From: Utricularia gibba
Lineage: Eukaryota > Plantae > Magnoliophyta
NCBI GenBank assembly: GCA_002189035.1
Contig: NEEC01000029.1
Location: 1 to 64,000 of the forward strand
Reading direction: 5' to 3'
Length of the DNA: 64,000 bases
In this document: one piece after another, positions 12,001 through 27,000 of the stretch
Layout of the letters: every line of letters begins with the position of its first letter
Position numbering within the stretch: position 1 is the first letter of the stretch
Made by a program: the position numbers and the translations under genes
Notes under the pieces: model-generated
What the model was told of the DNA's origin: nothing
Seen by the model: only the letters and a program-made list of their open reading frames with translations
Database searches by the model: none

Positions 12001-15000
12001 TGGTTTCCTCGCACACCGTTCGGCATCTCGTCGATATCCTGAAGACCGTGATGAGTCACGCTGCGCCCGGCATACCGTTTCGAAGCTCGTTCCGAGCCGG
12101 TCATCTTCCGTGTTTAAAGCTTCTTCGTCCGAGGATGCATCAGAGCTCGAATTATCGCCTTCTATTAGCCTTCAGATGCGCCACAAAGTGGCCACCACGT
12201 TCGCGACGATGCGACTTGGAACACCAAAATCGACGCGATTGTGATTTTCGGCTTGCAAAACATCTGCGTTTTTTGGGTGATGTGAAATATGGGTTTTCGA
12301 GGCGATCTTTGCACATGCTTAGGGTGTGTCCTACCGAAGCCTCATGGTTTCCTCGCACACCGTTCGGCATCTCGTCGATATCCTGAAGACCGTGATGAGT
12401 CACGCTGCGCCCGGAATACCGTTTCGAAGCTCGTTCCGAGCCGGTCATCTTCCGTGTTGAAAGCTTCTTCGTCCGGATGCATCAGAGCTCGAATTATCGC
12501 CTTCTATTAGCCTTCAGATGCGCCACAAAGTGGCCACCACGTTCGCACGATGCGACTTGAACACCAGAATCGACGCGATTGTGATTTTCGGCTTGCAAAA
12601 CATCTGCGTTTTTTCGGGTGATGTGAAATATGGGTTTTCGAGGCGATCTTTGCACATGCTTAGGGTGTGTCCTACGTGAAGCCTCATGGTTTCCTCGCAC
12701 ACCGTTCGGCATCTCGTCGATATCCTGAAGACCGTGATGAGTCACGCTGCGCCCGGCATACCGTTTCGAAGCTCGTTCGAGCCGGTCATCTTCCGTGTTT
12801 AAAGCTTCTTCGTCCGAGGATGCATCAGAGCTCGAATTATCGCCTTCTATTAGCCTTCAGATGTGCCACAAAGTGGCCACCACGTTCGCGACGATGCGAC
12901 TTGTAACACCAGAATCGACGCGATTGTGATTTTCGGCTTGCAAAACATCTGCGTTTTTTCGGGTGATGTGAAATATGGGTTTTCGAGGCGATCTTTGCAC
13001 ATGCTTAGGGTGTGTCCCTACCCGAAGCCTCATGGTTTCCTCGCACACCGTTCGGCATCTCGTCGATATCCTGAAGACCGTGATGAGTCACGCTGCGCCG
13101 GAATACCGTTTCGAAGCTCGTTCCGAGCCGTCATCTTCCGTGTTGAAAGCTTCTTCGTCCGAGGATGCATCAGAGCTCGAATTATCGCCTTCTATTAGCC
13201 TTCAGATGCGCCACAAAGTGGCCACCACGTTCGCGACGATGCGACTTGGAACACCAAAATCGACGATTGTGATTTTCGGCTTGCAAAACATCTGCGTTTT
13301 TTGGGTGATGTGAAATATGGGTTTTCGAGGCGATCTTTGCACATGCTTAGGGTGTGTCACCCGAAGCCTCATGGTTTCTCGCACACCGTTCGGCATCTCG
13401 TCGATATCCTGAAGACCGTGATGAGTCACGCTGCGCCCGGCAATACCGTTTCGAAGCTCGTTCCGAGCCGGTCATCTTCCGTGTTGAAAGCTTCTTCGTC
13501 CGAGGATGCATCAGAGCTCGAATTATCGCCTTCTATTAGCCTTCAGATGCGCCACAAAGTGGCCACCACGTTCGCGACGATGCGACTTGGAACACCAGAA
13601 TCGACGCGATTGTGATTTTCGGCTTGCAAAACATCTGCGTTTTTTCGGGTGATGTGAAATATGGGTTTCGAGGCGATCTTTGCACATGCTTAGGGTGTGT
13701 CCTACTGAAGCCTCATGGTTTCCTCGCACACCGTTCGGCATCTCGTCGATATCCTGAAGACCGTGATGAGTCACGCTGCGCCCGGATACCGTTTCGAAGC
13801 TCGTTCCGAGCCGGTCATCTTCCGTGTTGAAAGCTTCTTCGTCCGAGGATGCATCAGAGCTCGAATTATCGCCTTCTATTAGCCTTCAGATGCGCCACAA
13901 AGTGGCCACCACGTTCGCGACGATGCGACTTGGAACACCAGAATCGACGCGATTGTGATTTTCGGCTTGCAAAACATCTGCGTTTTTTCGGGTGATGTGA
14001 AATATGGGTTTTCGAGGCGATCTTTGCACATGCTTAGGGTGTGTCCCTACCGAAGCCTCATGGTTTCCTCGCACACCGTTCGGCATCTCGTCGATATCCT
14101 GAAGACCGTGATGAGTCACGCTGCGCCCGGATACCGTTTCGAAGCTCGTTCCGAGCCGGTCATCTTCCGTGTTGAAAGCTTCTTCGTCCGAGGATGCATC
14201 AGAGCTCGAATTATCGCCTTCTATTAGCCTTCAGATGCGCCACAAAGTGGCCACCACGTTCGCGACGATGCGACTTGGAACACCAAAATCGACGCGATTG
14301 TGATTTTCGGCTTGCAAAACATCTGCGTTTTTTCGGGTGATGTGAAATATGGGTTTTCGAGGCGATCTTTGCACATGCTTAGGGTGTGTCCTACCGAAGC
14401 CTCATGGTTTCCTCGCACACCGTTCGGCATCTCGTCGATATCCTGAAGACCGTGATGAGTCACGCTGCGCCCGGATACCGTTTCGAAGCTCGTTCCGAGC
14501 CGGTCATCTTCCGTGTTGAAAGCTTCTTCGTCCGAGGATGCATCAGAGCTCGAATTATCGCCTTCTATTAGCCTTCAGATGTGCCACAAAGTGGCCACCA
14601 CGTTCGCGACGATGCGACTTGGAACACCAAAATCGACGCGATTGTGATTTTCGGCTTGCAAAACATCTGCGTTTTTTTGGGTGATGTGAAATATGGGTTT
14701 TCGAGGCGATCTTTGCACATGCTTAGGGTGTGTCCCTACCCGAAGCCTCATGGTTTCCTCGCACACCGTTCGGCATCTCTCGTCGATATCCTGAAGACCG
14801 TGATGAGTCACGCTGCGCCCGGAATACCGTTTCGAAGCTCGTTCCGAGCCGGTCATCTTCCGTGTTGAAAGCTTCTTCGTCCGAGATGCATCAGAGCTCG
14901 AATTATCGCCTTCTATTAGCCTTCAGATGTGCCACAAAGTGGCCACACGTTCGCGACGATGCGACTTGGAACACCAAAATCGACGATTGTGATTTTCGGC

Positions 15001-18000
15001 TTGCAAAACATCTGCGTTTTTTCGGGTGATGTGAAATATGGGTTTTCGAGGCGATCTTTGCACATGCTTAGGGTGTGTCCTACCCGAAGCCTCATGGTTT
15101 CCTCGCACACCGTTCGGCATCTCGTCGATATCCTGAAGACCGTGATGAGTCACGCTGCGCCCGGAATACCGTTTCGAAGCTCGTTCCGAGCCGGTCATCT
15201 TCCGTGTTTAAAGCTTTCTTCGTCCGAGGATGCATCAGAGCTCGAATTATCGCCTTCTATTAGCCTTCAGATGCGCCACAAAGTGGCCACCACGTTCGCG
15301 ACGATGCGACTTGGAACACCAAATCGACGCGATTGTGATTTTTCGGCTTGCAAAACATCTGCGTTTTTTGGGTGATGTGAAATATGGGTTTTCGAGGCGA
15401 TCTTTGCACATGCTTAGGTGTCCCTACCCGAAGCCTCATGGTTTCCTCGCACACCGTTCGGCATCTCGTCGATATCCTGAAGACCGTGATGAGTCACGCT
15501 GCGCCCGGCATACCGTTTCGAAGCTCGTTCCGAGCCGGTCATCTTCCGTGTTGAAAGCTTCTTCGTCCGAGGATGCATCAGAGCTCGAATTATCGCCTTC
15601 TATTAGCCTTCAGATGTGCCACAAAGTGGCCACCACGTTCGCGACGATGCGACTTGTACACCAAAATCGACGCGATTGTGATTTTCGGCTTGCAAAACAT
15701 CTGCGTTTTTTCGGGTGATGTGAAATATGGGTTTTCGAGGCGATCTTTGCACATGCTTAGGGTGTGTCCTACTGAAGCCTCATGGTTTCCTCGCACACCG
15801 TTCGGCATCTCGTCGATATCCTGAAGACCGTGATGAGTCACGCTGCGCCCGGATACCGTTTCGAAGCTCGTTCCGAGCCGGTCATCTTCCGTGTTTAAAG
15901 CTTCTTCGTCCGAGGATGCATCAGAGCTCGAATTATCGCCTTCTATTAGCCTTCAGATGCGCCACAAAGTGGCCACCACGTTCGCGACGATGCGACTTGG
16001 AACACCAAAAATCGACGCGATTGTGATTTTCGGCTTGCAAAACATCGTTTTTTCGGGTGATGTGAAATATGGGTTTTCGAGGCGATCTTTGCACATGCTT
16101 AGGGTGTGTCCCTACCCGAAGCCTCATGGTTTCCTCGCACCGTTCGGCATCTCGTCGATATCCTGAAGACCGTGATGAGTCACGCTGCGCCCGGATACCG
16201 TTTCGAAGCTCGTTCCGAGCCGGTCATCTTCCGTGTTGAAAGCTTCTTCGTCCGAGGATGCATCAGAGCTCGAATTATCGCCTTCTATTAGCCTTCAGAT
16301 GTGCCACAAAGTGGCCACCACGTTCGCGACGATGCGACTTGTAACACCAGAATCGACGCGATTGTGATTTTCGGCTTGCAAAACATCTGCGTTTTTTCGG
16401 GTGATGTGAAATATGGGTTTTCGAGGCGATCTTTGCACATGCTTAGGGTGTGTGTCCTACGTGAAGCCTCATGGTTTCCTCGCACACCGTTCGGCATCTC
16501 GTCGATATCCTGAAGACCGTGATGAGTCACGCTGCGCCCGGATACCGTTTCGAAGCTCGTTCCGAGCCGGTCATCTTCCGTGTTGAAAGCTTCTTCGTCC
16601 GAGGATGCATCAGAGCTCGAATTATCGCCTTCTATTAGCCTTCAGATGTGCCACAAAGTGGCCACCACGTTCGCGACGATGCGACTTGGAACACCAAAAA
16701 TCGACGCGATTGATTTTCGGCTTGCAAAACATCTGCGTTTTTTGGGTGATGTGAAATATGGGTTTTCGAGGCGATCTTTGCACATGCTTAGGGTGTGTCC
16801 CTACCCGAAGCCTCATGGTTTCCTCGCACACCGTTCGGCATCTCGTCGATATCCTGAAGACCGTGATGAGTCACGCTGCGCCCGGAATACCGTTTCGAAG
16901 CTCGTTCCGAGCCGGTCATCTTCCGTGTTGAAGCTTCTTCGTCCGAGATGCATCAGAGCTCGAATTATCGCCTTATATTAGCCTTCAGATGTGCCACAAA
17001 GTGGCCACCACGTTCGCGACGATGCGACTTGGAACACCAAAATCGACGTGATTGGCTTGCAAAACATCTGCGTTTTTTTCGGGTGATGTGAAATATGGGT
17101 TTTCGAGGCGATCTTTGCACATGCTTAGGGTGTGTCCCTACCCGAAGCCTCATGGTTTCGCGCACCGTTCGGCATCTCGTCGATATCCTGAAGACCGTGA
17201 TGAGTCACGCTGCGCCGGAATACCGTTTCGAAGCTCGTTCCGAGCCGGTCATCTTCCGTGTTGAAGCTTCTTCGTCGAGGATGCATCAGAGCTCGAATTA
17301 TCGCCTTCTATTAGCCTTCAGATGTGCCAAAGTGGCCACCACGTTCGCGACGATGCGACTTGGAACACCAAAATCGACGCGATTGTAATTTTCGGCTTGC
17401 AAAACATCTGCGTTTTTTCGGGTGATGTGAAATATGGGTTTTCGAGGCGATCTTTGCACATGCTTAGGGTGTGTCCCTACCGAAGCCTCATGGTTTCCTC
17501 GCACACCGTTCGGCATCTCGTCGATATCCTGAAGACCGTGATGAGTCACGCTGCGCCCGGCATACCGTTTCGAAGCTCGTTCCGAGCCGGTCATCTTCCG
17601 TGTTGAAGCTTCTTCGTCCGGATGCATCAGAGCTCGAATTATCGCCTTCTATTAGCCTTCAGATGCGCCACAAAGTGGCCACCACGTTCGCGACGATGCG
17701 ACTTGGAACACAGAATCGACGCGATTGTGATTTTCGGCTTGCAAAACATCTGCGTTTTTTTGGGTGATGTGAAATATGGGTTTTCGAGGCGATCTTGCAC
17801 ATGCTTAGGGTGTGTCCTCTCCTCAAATTGTTCTCACAGCAACGTGAGGATGAGTCACGCTGCGCCCGGCATACCGTTTCGAAGCTCGTTCCGAGCCGGT
17901 CATCTTCCGTGTTGAAAGCTTCTTCGTCCGAGGATGCATCAGAGCTCGAATTATCGCCTTCTATTAGCCTTCAGATGCGCCACAAAGTGGCCACCACGTT

Positions 18001-21000
18001 CGCGACGATGCGACTTGAACACAAAATCGACGCGATTGTGATTTTCGGCTTGCAAAACATCTGCGTTTTGGGTGATGTGAAATATGGGTTTTCGAGGCGA
18101 TCTTTGCACATGCTTAGGGTGTGTCCCTACCGAAGCCTCATGGTTTCCTCGCACACCGTTCGGCATCTCGTCGATATCCTGAAGACCGTGATGAGTCACG
18201 CTGCGCCCGGCATACCGTTTCGAAGCTCGTTCCGAGCCGGTCATCTTCCGTGTTGAAAGCTTCTTCGTCCGGGATGCATCAGAGCTCGAATTATCGCCTT
18301 CTATTAGCCTTCAGATGCGCCACAAAGTGGCCACCACGTTCGCGACGATGCGACTTGGAACACAAAATCGACGCGATTGTGATTTTCGGCTTGCAAAACA
18401 TCTGCGTTTTTCGGGTGATGTGAAATATGGGTTTTCGAGGCGATCTTTGCACATGCTTAGGGTGTGTCCTACCGAAGCCTCATGGTTTCCTCGCACACCG
18501 TTCGGCATCTCGTCGATATCCTGAAGACCGTGATGAGTCACGCTGCGCCCGGAATACCTTTCGAAGCTCGTTCCGAGCCGGTCATCTTCCGTGTTTAAAG
18601 CTTCTTCGTCCGAGGATGCATCAGAGCTCGAATTATCGCCTTTATTAGCCTTCAGATGTGCCACAAAGTGGCCACCACGTTCGCGACGATGCGACTTGGA
18701 ACACAAATCGACCGATTGTGATTTTCGGCTTGCAAAACATCTGCGTTTTTTCGGGTGATGTGAAATATGGGTTTTCGAGGCGATCTTTGCATGCTTAGGG
18801 TGTGTCCCTACGAAGCCTCATGGTTTCCTCGCACACCGTTCGGCATCTCGTCGATATCCTGAAGACCGTGATGAGTCACGCTGCGCCGCATACCGTTTCG
18901 AAGCTCGTTCCGAGCCGGTCATCTTCCGTGTTAAAGCTTCTTCGTCCGAGGATGCATCAGAGCTCGAATTATCGCCTTCTATTAGCCTTCAGATGCGCCA
19001 CAAAGTGGCCACCACGTTCGCGACGATGCGACTTGGAACACCAAAATCGACGCGATTGTAATTTTCGGCTTGCAAAACATCTGCGTTTTTTCGGGTGATG
19101 TGAAATATGGGTTTTCGAGGCGATCTTTGCACATGCTTAGGGTGTGTCCCTACCCGAAGCCTCATGGTTTCTCGCACACCGTTCGGCATCTCGTCGATAT
19201 CCTGAAGACCGTGATGAGTCACGCTGCGCCCGGCATACCGTTTCGAAGCTCGTTCCGAGCCGGTCATCTTCCGTGTTGAAAGCTTCTTCGTCCGAGGATG
19301 CATCAGAGCTCGAATTATCGCCTTCTATTAGCCTTCAGATGCGCCACAAAGTGGCCACCACGTTCGCGACGATGCGACTTGGAACACAAAATCGACGCGA
19401 TTGTGATTTTCGGCTTGCAAAACATCTGCGTTTTTTGGGTGATGTGAAATATGGGTTTTCGAGGCGATCTTTGCACATGCTTAGGGTGTGTCCCTACCCG
19501 AAGCCTCATGGTTTCCTCGCACACCGTTCGCATCTCGTCGATATCCTGAAGACCGTGATGAGTCACGCTGCGCCCGGCATACCGTTTCGAAGCTCGTTCC
19601 GAGCCGGTCATCTTCCGTGTTGAAGCTTCTTCGTCCGAGGATGCATCAGAGCTCGAATTATCGCCTTTATTAGCCTTCAGATGTGCCACAAAGTGGCCAC
19701 CACGTTCGCGACGATGCGACTTTGAACACAAATCGACGCGATTGTGATTTTCGGCTTGCAAAACATCTGCGTTTTTTGGGTGATGTGAATATGGGTTTTC
19801 GAGGCGATCTTTGCACATGCTTAGGGTGTGTCCCTACCGAAGCCTCATGGTTTCCTCACACCGTTCGGCATCTCGTCGATATCCTGAAGACCGTGATGAG
19901 TCACGCTGCGCCCGGAATACCGTTTCGAAGCTCGTTCCGAGCCGGTCATCTTCCGTGTTGAAAGCTTCTTCGTCCGAGGATGCATCAGAGCTCGAATTAT
20001 CGCCTTATATTAGCCTTCAGATGTGCCACAAAGTGGCCACCACGTTCGCGACGATGCGACTTGGAACACCAAAATCGACGCGATTGTAATTTTCGGCTTG
20101 CAAAACATCTGCGTTTTTTCGGGTGATGTGAAATATGGGTTTTCGAGGCGATCTTTGCACATGCTTAGGGTGTGTCCCTACCCGAAGCCTCATGGTTTCC
20201 TCGCACACCGTTCGGCATCTCGTCGATATCCTGAAGACCGTGATGAGTCACGCTGCGCCCGGCATACCGTTTCGAAGCTCGTTCCGAGCCGGTCATCTTC
20301 CGTGTTGAAAGCTTCTTCGTCCGAGGATGCATCAGAGCTCGAATTATCGCCTTTATTAGCCTTCAGATGCGCCAAAGTGGCCACCACGTTCGCGACGATG
20401 CGAGAACACAGAATCGACGCGATTGTGATTTTCGGCTTGCAAAACATCTGCGTTTTTTGGGTGATGTGAAATATGGGTTTTCGAGGCGATCTTTGCACAT
20501 GCTTAGGGTGTGTCCCTACCGAAGCCTCATGGTTTCCTCGCACACCGTTCGGCATCTCGTCGATATCCTGAAGACCGTGATGAGTCACGCTGCGCCCGGC
20601 ATACCGTTTCGAAGCTCGTTCCGAGCCGGTCATCTTCCGTTGAAAGCTTCTTCGTCCGAGGATGCATCAGAGCTCGAATTATCGCCTTCTATTAGCCTTC
20701 AGATGCGCCACAAAGTGGCCACCACGTTCGCGACGATGCGACTTGAACACAGAATCGACCGATTGTGATTTTCGGCTTGCAAAACATCTGCGTTTTTCGG
20801 GTGATGTGAAATATGGGTTTTCGAGGCGATCTTGCACATGCTTAGGGTGTGTCCCTACCCGAAGCCTCATGGTTTCCTCGCACACCGTTCGGCATCTCGT
20901 CGATATCCTGAAGACCGTGATGAGTCACGCTGCGCCCGGAATACCGTTTCGAAGCTCGTTCCGAGCCGGTCATCTTCCGTGTTGAAGCTTCTTCGTCCGA

Positions 21001-24000
21001 GGATGCATCAGAGCTCGAATTATCGCCTTCTATTAGCCTTCAGATGCGCCACAAAGTGGCCACCACGTTCGCGACGATGCGACTTGTAACACCAAAATCG
21101 ACGCGATTGTGATTTTCGGCTTGCAAAACATCTGCGTTTTTTCGGGTGATGTGAAATATGGGTTTTCGAGGCGATCTTTGCACATGCTTAGGGTGTGTCC
21201 CTACCCGAAGCCTCATGGTTTCCTCGCACACCGTTCGGCATCTCGTCGATATCCTGAAGACCGTGATGAGTCACGCTGCGCCCGGAATACCGTTTCGAAG
21301 CTCGTTCCGAGCCGGTCATCTTCCGTGTTGAAGCTTCTTCGTCCGAGGATGCATCAGAGCTCGAATTATCGCCTTATATTAGCCTTCAGATGTGCCACAA
21401 AGTGGCCACCACGTTCGCGACGATGCGACTTGGAACACCAAAATCGACGCGATTGTAATTTTCGGCTTGCAAAACATCTGCGTTTTTTCGGGTGATGTGA
21501 AAATGGGTTTTCGAGGCGATCTTTGCACATGCTTAGGGTGTGTCCCTACCCGAAGCCTCATGGTTTCCTCGCACACCGTTCGGCATCTCGTCGATATCCT
21601 GAAGACCGTGATGAGTCACGCTGCGCCCGCATACCGTTTCGAAGCTCGTTCCGAGCCGGTCATCTTCCGTGTTTAAAGCTTCTTCGTCCGAGGATGCATC
21701 AGAGCTCGAATTATCGCCTTCTATTAGCCTTCAGATGTGCCACAAAGTGGCCACCACGTTCGCGACGATGCGACTTGGAACACCAAAATCGACGCGATTG
21801 TGATTTTCGGCTTGCAAAACATCTGCGTTTTTTTGGGTGATGTGAAATATGGGTTTTCGAGGCGATCTTTGCACATGCTTAGGGTGTGTCCCTACCCGAA
21901 GCCTCATGGTTTCCTCGCACACCGTTCGGCATCTCGTCGATATCCTGAAGACCGTGATGAGTCACGCTGCGCCCGGAATACCGTTTCGAAGCTCGTTCCG
22001 AGCCGGTCATCTTCCGTGTTGAAAGCTTCTTCGTCCGAGGATGCATCAGAGCTCGAATTATCGCCTTCTATTAGCCTTCAGATGTGCCACAAAGTGGCCA
22101 CCACGTTCGCGACGATGCGACTTGAACACCAAAATCGACGTGATTGTAATTTTCGGCTTGCAAAACATCTGCGTTTTTTTCGGGTGATGTGAAATATGGG
22201 TTTTCGAGGCGATCTTTGCACATGCTTAGGGTGTGTCCCTACCGAAGCCTCATGGTTTCCTCGCACACCGTTCGGCATCTCGTCGATATCCTGAAGACCG
22301 TGATGAGTCACGCTGCGCCCGGAATACCGTTTCGAAGCTCGTTCCGAGCCGGTCATCTTCCGTGTTAAAGCTTCTTCGTCCGAGATGCATCAGAGCTCGA
22401 ATTATCGCCTTCTATTAGCCTTCAGATGCGCCACAAAGTGGCCACCACGTTCGCGACGATGCGACTAATCGACGCGATTGTGATTTTCGGCTTGCAAAAC
22501 ATCTGCGTTTTTTGGTGATGTGAAATATGGGTTTTCGAGGCGATCTTGCACATGCTTAGGGTGTGTTCCTACCCGAAGCCTCATGGTTTCCTCGCACACC
22601 GTTCGGCATCTCGTCGATATCCTGAAGACCGTGATGAGTCACGCTGCGCCCGGATACCGTTTCGAAGCTCGTTCCGAGCCGGTCATCTTCCGTGTTGAAA
22701 GCTTCTTCGTGATGCATCAGAGCTCGAATTATCGCCTTCTATTAGCCTTCAGATGCGCCACAAAGTGGCCACCACGTTCGCGACGATGCGACTTGAACAC
22801 CAGAATCGACGCGATTGTGATTTTCGGCTTGCAAAACATCTGCGTTTTTTCGGGTGATGTGAAATATGGGTTTTCGAGGCGATCTTTGCACATGCTTAGG
22901 GTGTGTCCCTACGTGAAGCCTCATGGTTTCCTCGCACACCGTTCGGCATCTCGTCGATATCCTGAAGACCGTGATGAGTCACGCTGCGCCCGGCATACCG
23001 TTTCGAAGCTCGTTCCGAGCCGGTCATCTTCCGTGTTTAAAGCTTCTTCGTCCGAGGATGCATCAGAGCTCGAATTATCGCCTTCTATTAGCCTTCAGAT
23101 GCGCCACAAAGTGGCCACCACGTTCGCGACGATGCGACTTGGAACACCAAAATCGACGCGATTGTGATTTTCGGCTTGCAAAACATCTGCGTTTTTTCGG
23201 GTGATGTGAAATATGGGTTTTCGAGGCGATCTTTGCACATGCTTAGGGTGTGTCCCTACCCGAAGCCTCATGGTTTCCTCGCACACCGTTCGGCATCTCG
23301 TCGATATCCTGAAGACCGTGATGAGTCACGCTGCGCCCGGAATACCGTTTCGAAGCTCGTTCCGAGCCGGTCATCTTCCGTGTTGAAAGCTTCTTCGTCC
23401 GAGGATGCATCAGAGCTCGAATTATCGCCTTCTATTAGCCTTCAGATGCGCCACAAAGTGGCCACCACGTTCGCGACGATGCGACTTGAACACCAGAATC
23501 GACGCGATTGTGATTTTCGGCTTGCAAAACATCTGCGTTTTTTCGGGTGATGTGAAATATGGGTTTTCGAGGCGATCTTTGCACATGCTTAGGGTGTGTC
23601 CCTACCGAAGCCTCATGGTTTCCTCGCACACCGTTCGGCATCTCGTCGATATCCTGAAGACCGTGATGAGTCACGCTGCGCCCGGCATACCGTTTCGAAG
23701 CTCGTTCCGAGCCGGTCATCTTCCGTGTTGAAAGCTTCTTCGTCCGAGGATGCATCAGAGCTCGAATTATCGCCTTCTATTAGCCTTCAGATGCGCCACA
23801 AAGTGGCCACCACGTTCGCGACGATGCGACTTGTAACACCAGAATCGACGCGATTGATTTTCGGCTTGCAAAACATCTGCGTTTTTTGGGTGATGTGAAA
23901 TATGGGTTTTCGAGGCGATCTTTGCACATGCTTAGGGTGTGTCCTACCCGAAGCCTCATGGTTTCCTCGCACACCGTCGGCATCTCGTCGATATCCTGAA

Positions 24001-27000
24001 GACCGTGATGAGTCACACTGCGCCCGGAATACCGTTTCGAAGCTCGTTCCGAGCCGGTCATCTTCCGTGTTGAAAGCTTCTTCGTCCGAGGATGCATCAG
24101 AGCTCGAATTATCGCCTTCTATTAGCCTTCATGCGCCACAAAGTGGCCACCACGTTCGCGACGATGCGACTTGAACACCAAAATCGACGCGATTGTGATT
24201 TTCGGCTTGCAAAACATCTGCGTTTTTTCGGGTGATGTGAAATATGGGTTTTCGAGGCGATCTTTGCACATGCTTAGGGTGTGTCCCTACGTGAAGCCTC
24301 ATGGTTTCCTCGCACACCGTTCGGCATCTCGTCGATATCCTGAAGACCGTGATGAGTCACGCTGCGCCCGGAATACCGTTTCGAAGCTCGTTCCGAGCCG
24401 GTCATCTTCCGTGTTTAAAGCTTCTTCGTCGAGGATGCATCAGAGCTCGAATTATCGCCTTCTATTAGCCTTCAGATGTGCCACAAAGTGGCCACCACGT
24501 TCGCGACGATGCGACTTGTAACACCAGAATCGACGCGATTGTTTTTCGGCTTGCAAAACATCTGCGTTTTTTGGGTGATGTGAAATATGGGTTTTCGAGG
24601 CGATCTTGCACATGCTTAGGGTGTGTCCCTACCGAAGCCTCATGGTTTCCTCGCACACCGTTCGGCATCTCGTCGATATCCTGAAGACCGTGATGAGTCA
24701 CGCTGCGCCCGGAATACCGTTTCGAAGCTCGTTCCGAGCCGGTCATCTTCCGTGTTGAAAGCTTCTTCGTCCGAGGATGCATCAGAGCTCGAATTATCGC
24801 CTTCTATTAGCCTTCAGATGTGCCACAAGTGGCCACCACGTTCGCGACGATGCGACTTGGAACACCAAAATCGACGTGATTGTGATTTTCGGCTTGCAAA
24901 ACATCTGCGTTTTTTCGGGTGATGTGAAATATGGGTTTTCGAGGCGATCTTTGCACATGCTTAGGGTGTGTCCCTACCGAAGCCTCATGGTTTCCTCGCA
25001 CACCGTTCGGCATCTCGTCGATATCCTGAAGACCGTGATGAGTCACGCTGCGCCCGGCATACCGTTTCGAAGCTCGTTCCGAGCCGGTCATCTTCCGTGT
25101 TTAAAGCTTCTTCGTCCGAGGATGCATCAGAGCTCGAATTATCGCCTTCTATTAGCCTTCAGATGTGCCACAAAGTGGCCACCACGTTCGCGACGATGCG
25201 ACTTGGAACACCAAATCGACGCGATTGTGATTTTCGGCTTGCAAAACATCTGCGATGTGAAATATGGGTTTTCGAGGCGATCTTTGCACATGCTTACCCT
25301 ACCCGAAGCCTCATGGTTTCCTCGCACACCGTTCGGCATCTCGTCGATATCCTGAAGACCGTGATGAGTCACGCTGCGCCCGGAATACCGTTTCGATCGT
25401 TCCGAGCCGGTCATCTTCCGTGTTGAAGCTTCTTCGTCCGAGGATGCATCAGAGCTCGAATTATCGCCTTCTATTAGCCTTCAGATGCCACAAAGTGGCC
25501 ACCACGTTCGCGACGATTTTTCACCAAAATCGACGATCATTGTGATCCGGTTCGGCATCTCGTCGATAAAGACATGAGTCACGCTGCGCCCGGAATACCG
25601 TTTCGAAGCTCGTTCCGAGCCGGTCAAATTCCGGTTGAAAGCTTCGCGATTCGTCAGCATGCGTCAGAGCTACCCGAAGCCTCATGGTTTCCTCGCACAC
25701 CGTTCGGCATCTCGTCGATATCCTGAAGACCGTGATGAGTCACGCTGCGCCCGGAATACCGTTTCGAAGCTCGTTCCGAGCCGGTCATCTTCCGTGTTGA
25801 AAGCTTCTTCGTCCGAGGATGCATCAGAGCTCGAATTATCGCCTTCTATTAGCCTTCAGATGCGCCACAAAGTGGCCACCACGTTCGCGACGATGCGACT
25901 TGAACACAAAATCGACGCGATTGTGATTTTCGGCTTGCAAAACATCTGCGTTTTTTGGGTGATGTGAAATATGGGTTTTCGAGGCGATCTTTGCACATGC
26001 TTAGGGTGTCCTACCCGAAGCCTCATGGTTTCCTCGCACACCGTTCGGCATCTCGTCGATATCCTGAAGACCGTGATGAGTCACGCTGCGCCCGGAATAC
26101 CGTTTCGAAGCTCGTTCCGAGCCGGTCATCTTCCGTGTTGAAAGCTTCTTCGTCCGAGGATGCATCAGAGCTCGAATTATCGCCTTCTATTAGCCTTCAG
26201 ATGTGCCACAAAGTGGCCACCACGTTCGCGACGATGCGACTTTCGACGCGATTGTGATTTTCGGCTTGCAAAACATCTGCGTTTTTTCGGGTGATGTGAA
26301 ATATGGGTTTTCGAGGCGATCTTTGCACATGCTTAGGGTGTGTCCTACTCATGAAGTTCGGCATCATGGTGATTCACTCGCACACTCGTTCCGGCATCTC
26401 CGTCGTCCATCCTCGAAGACCTTCAGATGTGCCACAAAGTGGCCACCACGTTCGCGACGATGCGACTTGAACACCAGACCCGGCATGTGACCGTTTCGAA
26501 GCTCGTTCCGAGCCGGTCATCTTCCGTGTTGAAAGCTTCTTCGTCCGAGGATGCATCAGAGCTCGAATTATCGCCTTCTATTAGCCTTCAGATGCGCCAC
26601 AAAGTGGCCACCACGTTCGCGACGATGCGACTTGTCGACGCGACACATCTGCGACGATCTTTGTTCGAAGCCTCATGGTTTCCTCGCACACCGTTCGGCA
26701 TCTCGTCGATATCCTGAAGACCGTGATGAGTCTGCGTTTTCGAAAATCTTCCGATTCTTCGTGAGGAATCAGAGCTCGAATTATCGGCCTTCAGCGTTTC
26801 GCGACGATGCTTTCGACGCGACATGCTTCGTGTGCCTACGTCATGGGTTTCATGGTGATTCTGCGCACATCGTTCCGGCATCTTCGTCTTATATCCTGAA
26901 GACCGTGCTGAGTCACGCTGCGTCGGCATACTCTTCGAAGATCGGTTTCCTCGAGTTCGGCGTCGATCCTGATCACGCTGCGCCCGAATACCGTTTCGAA

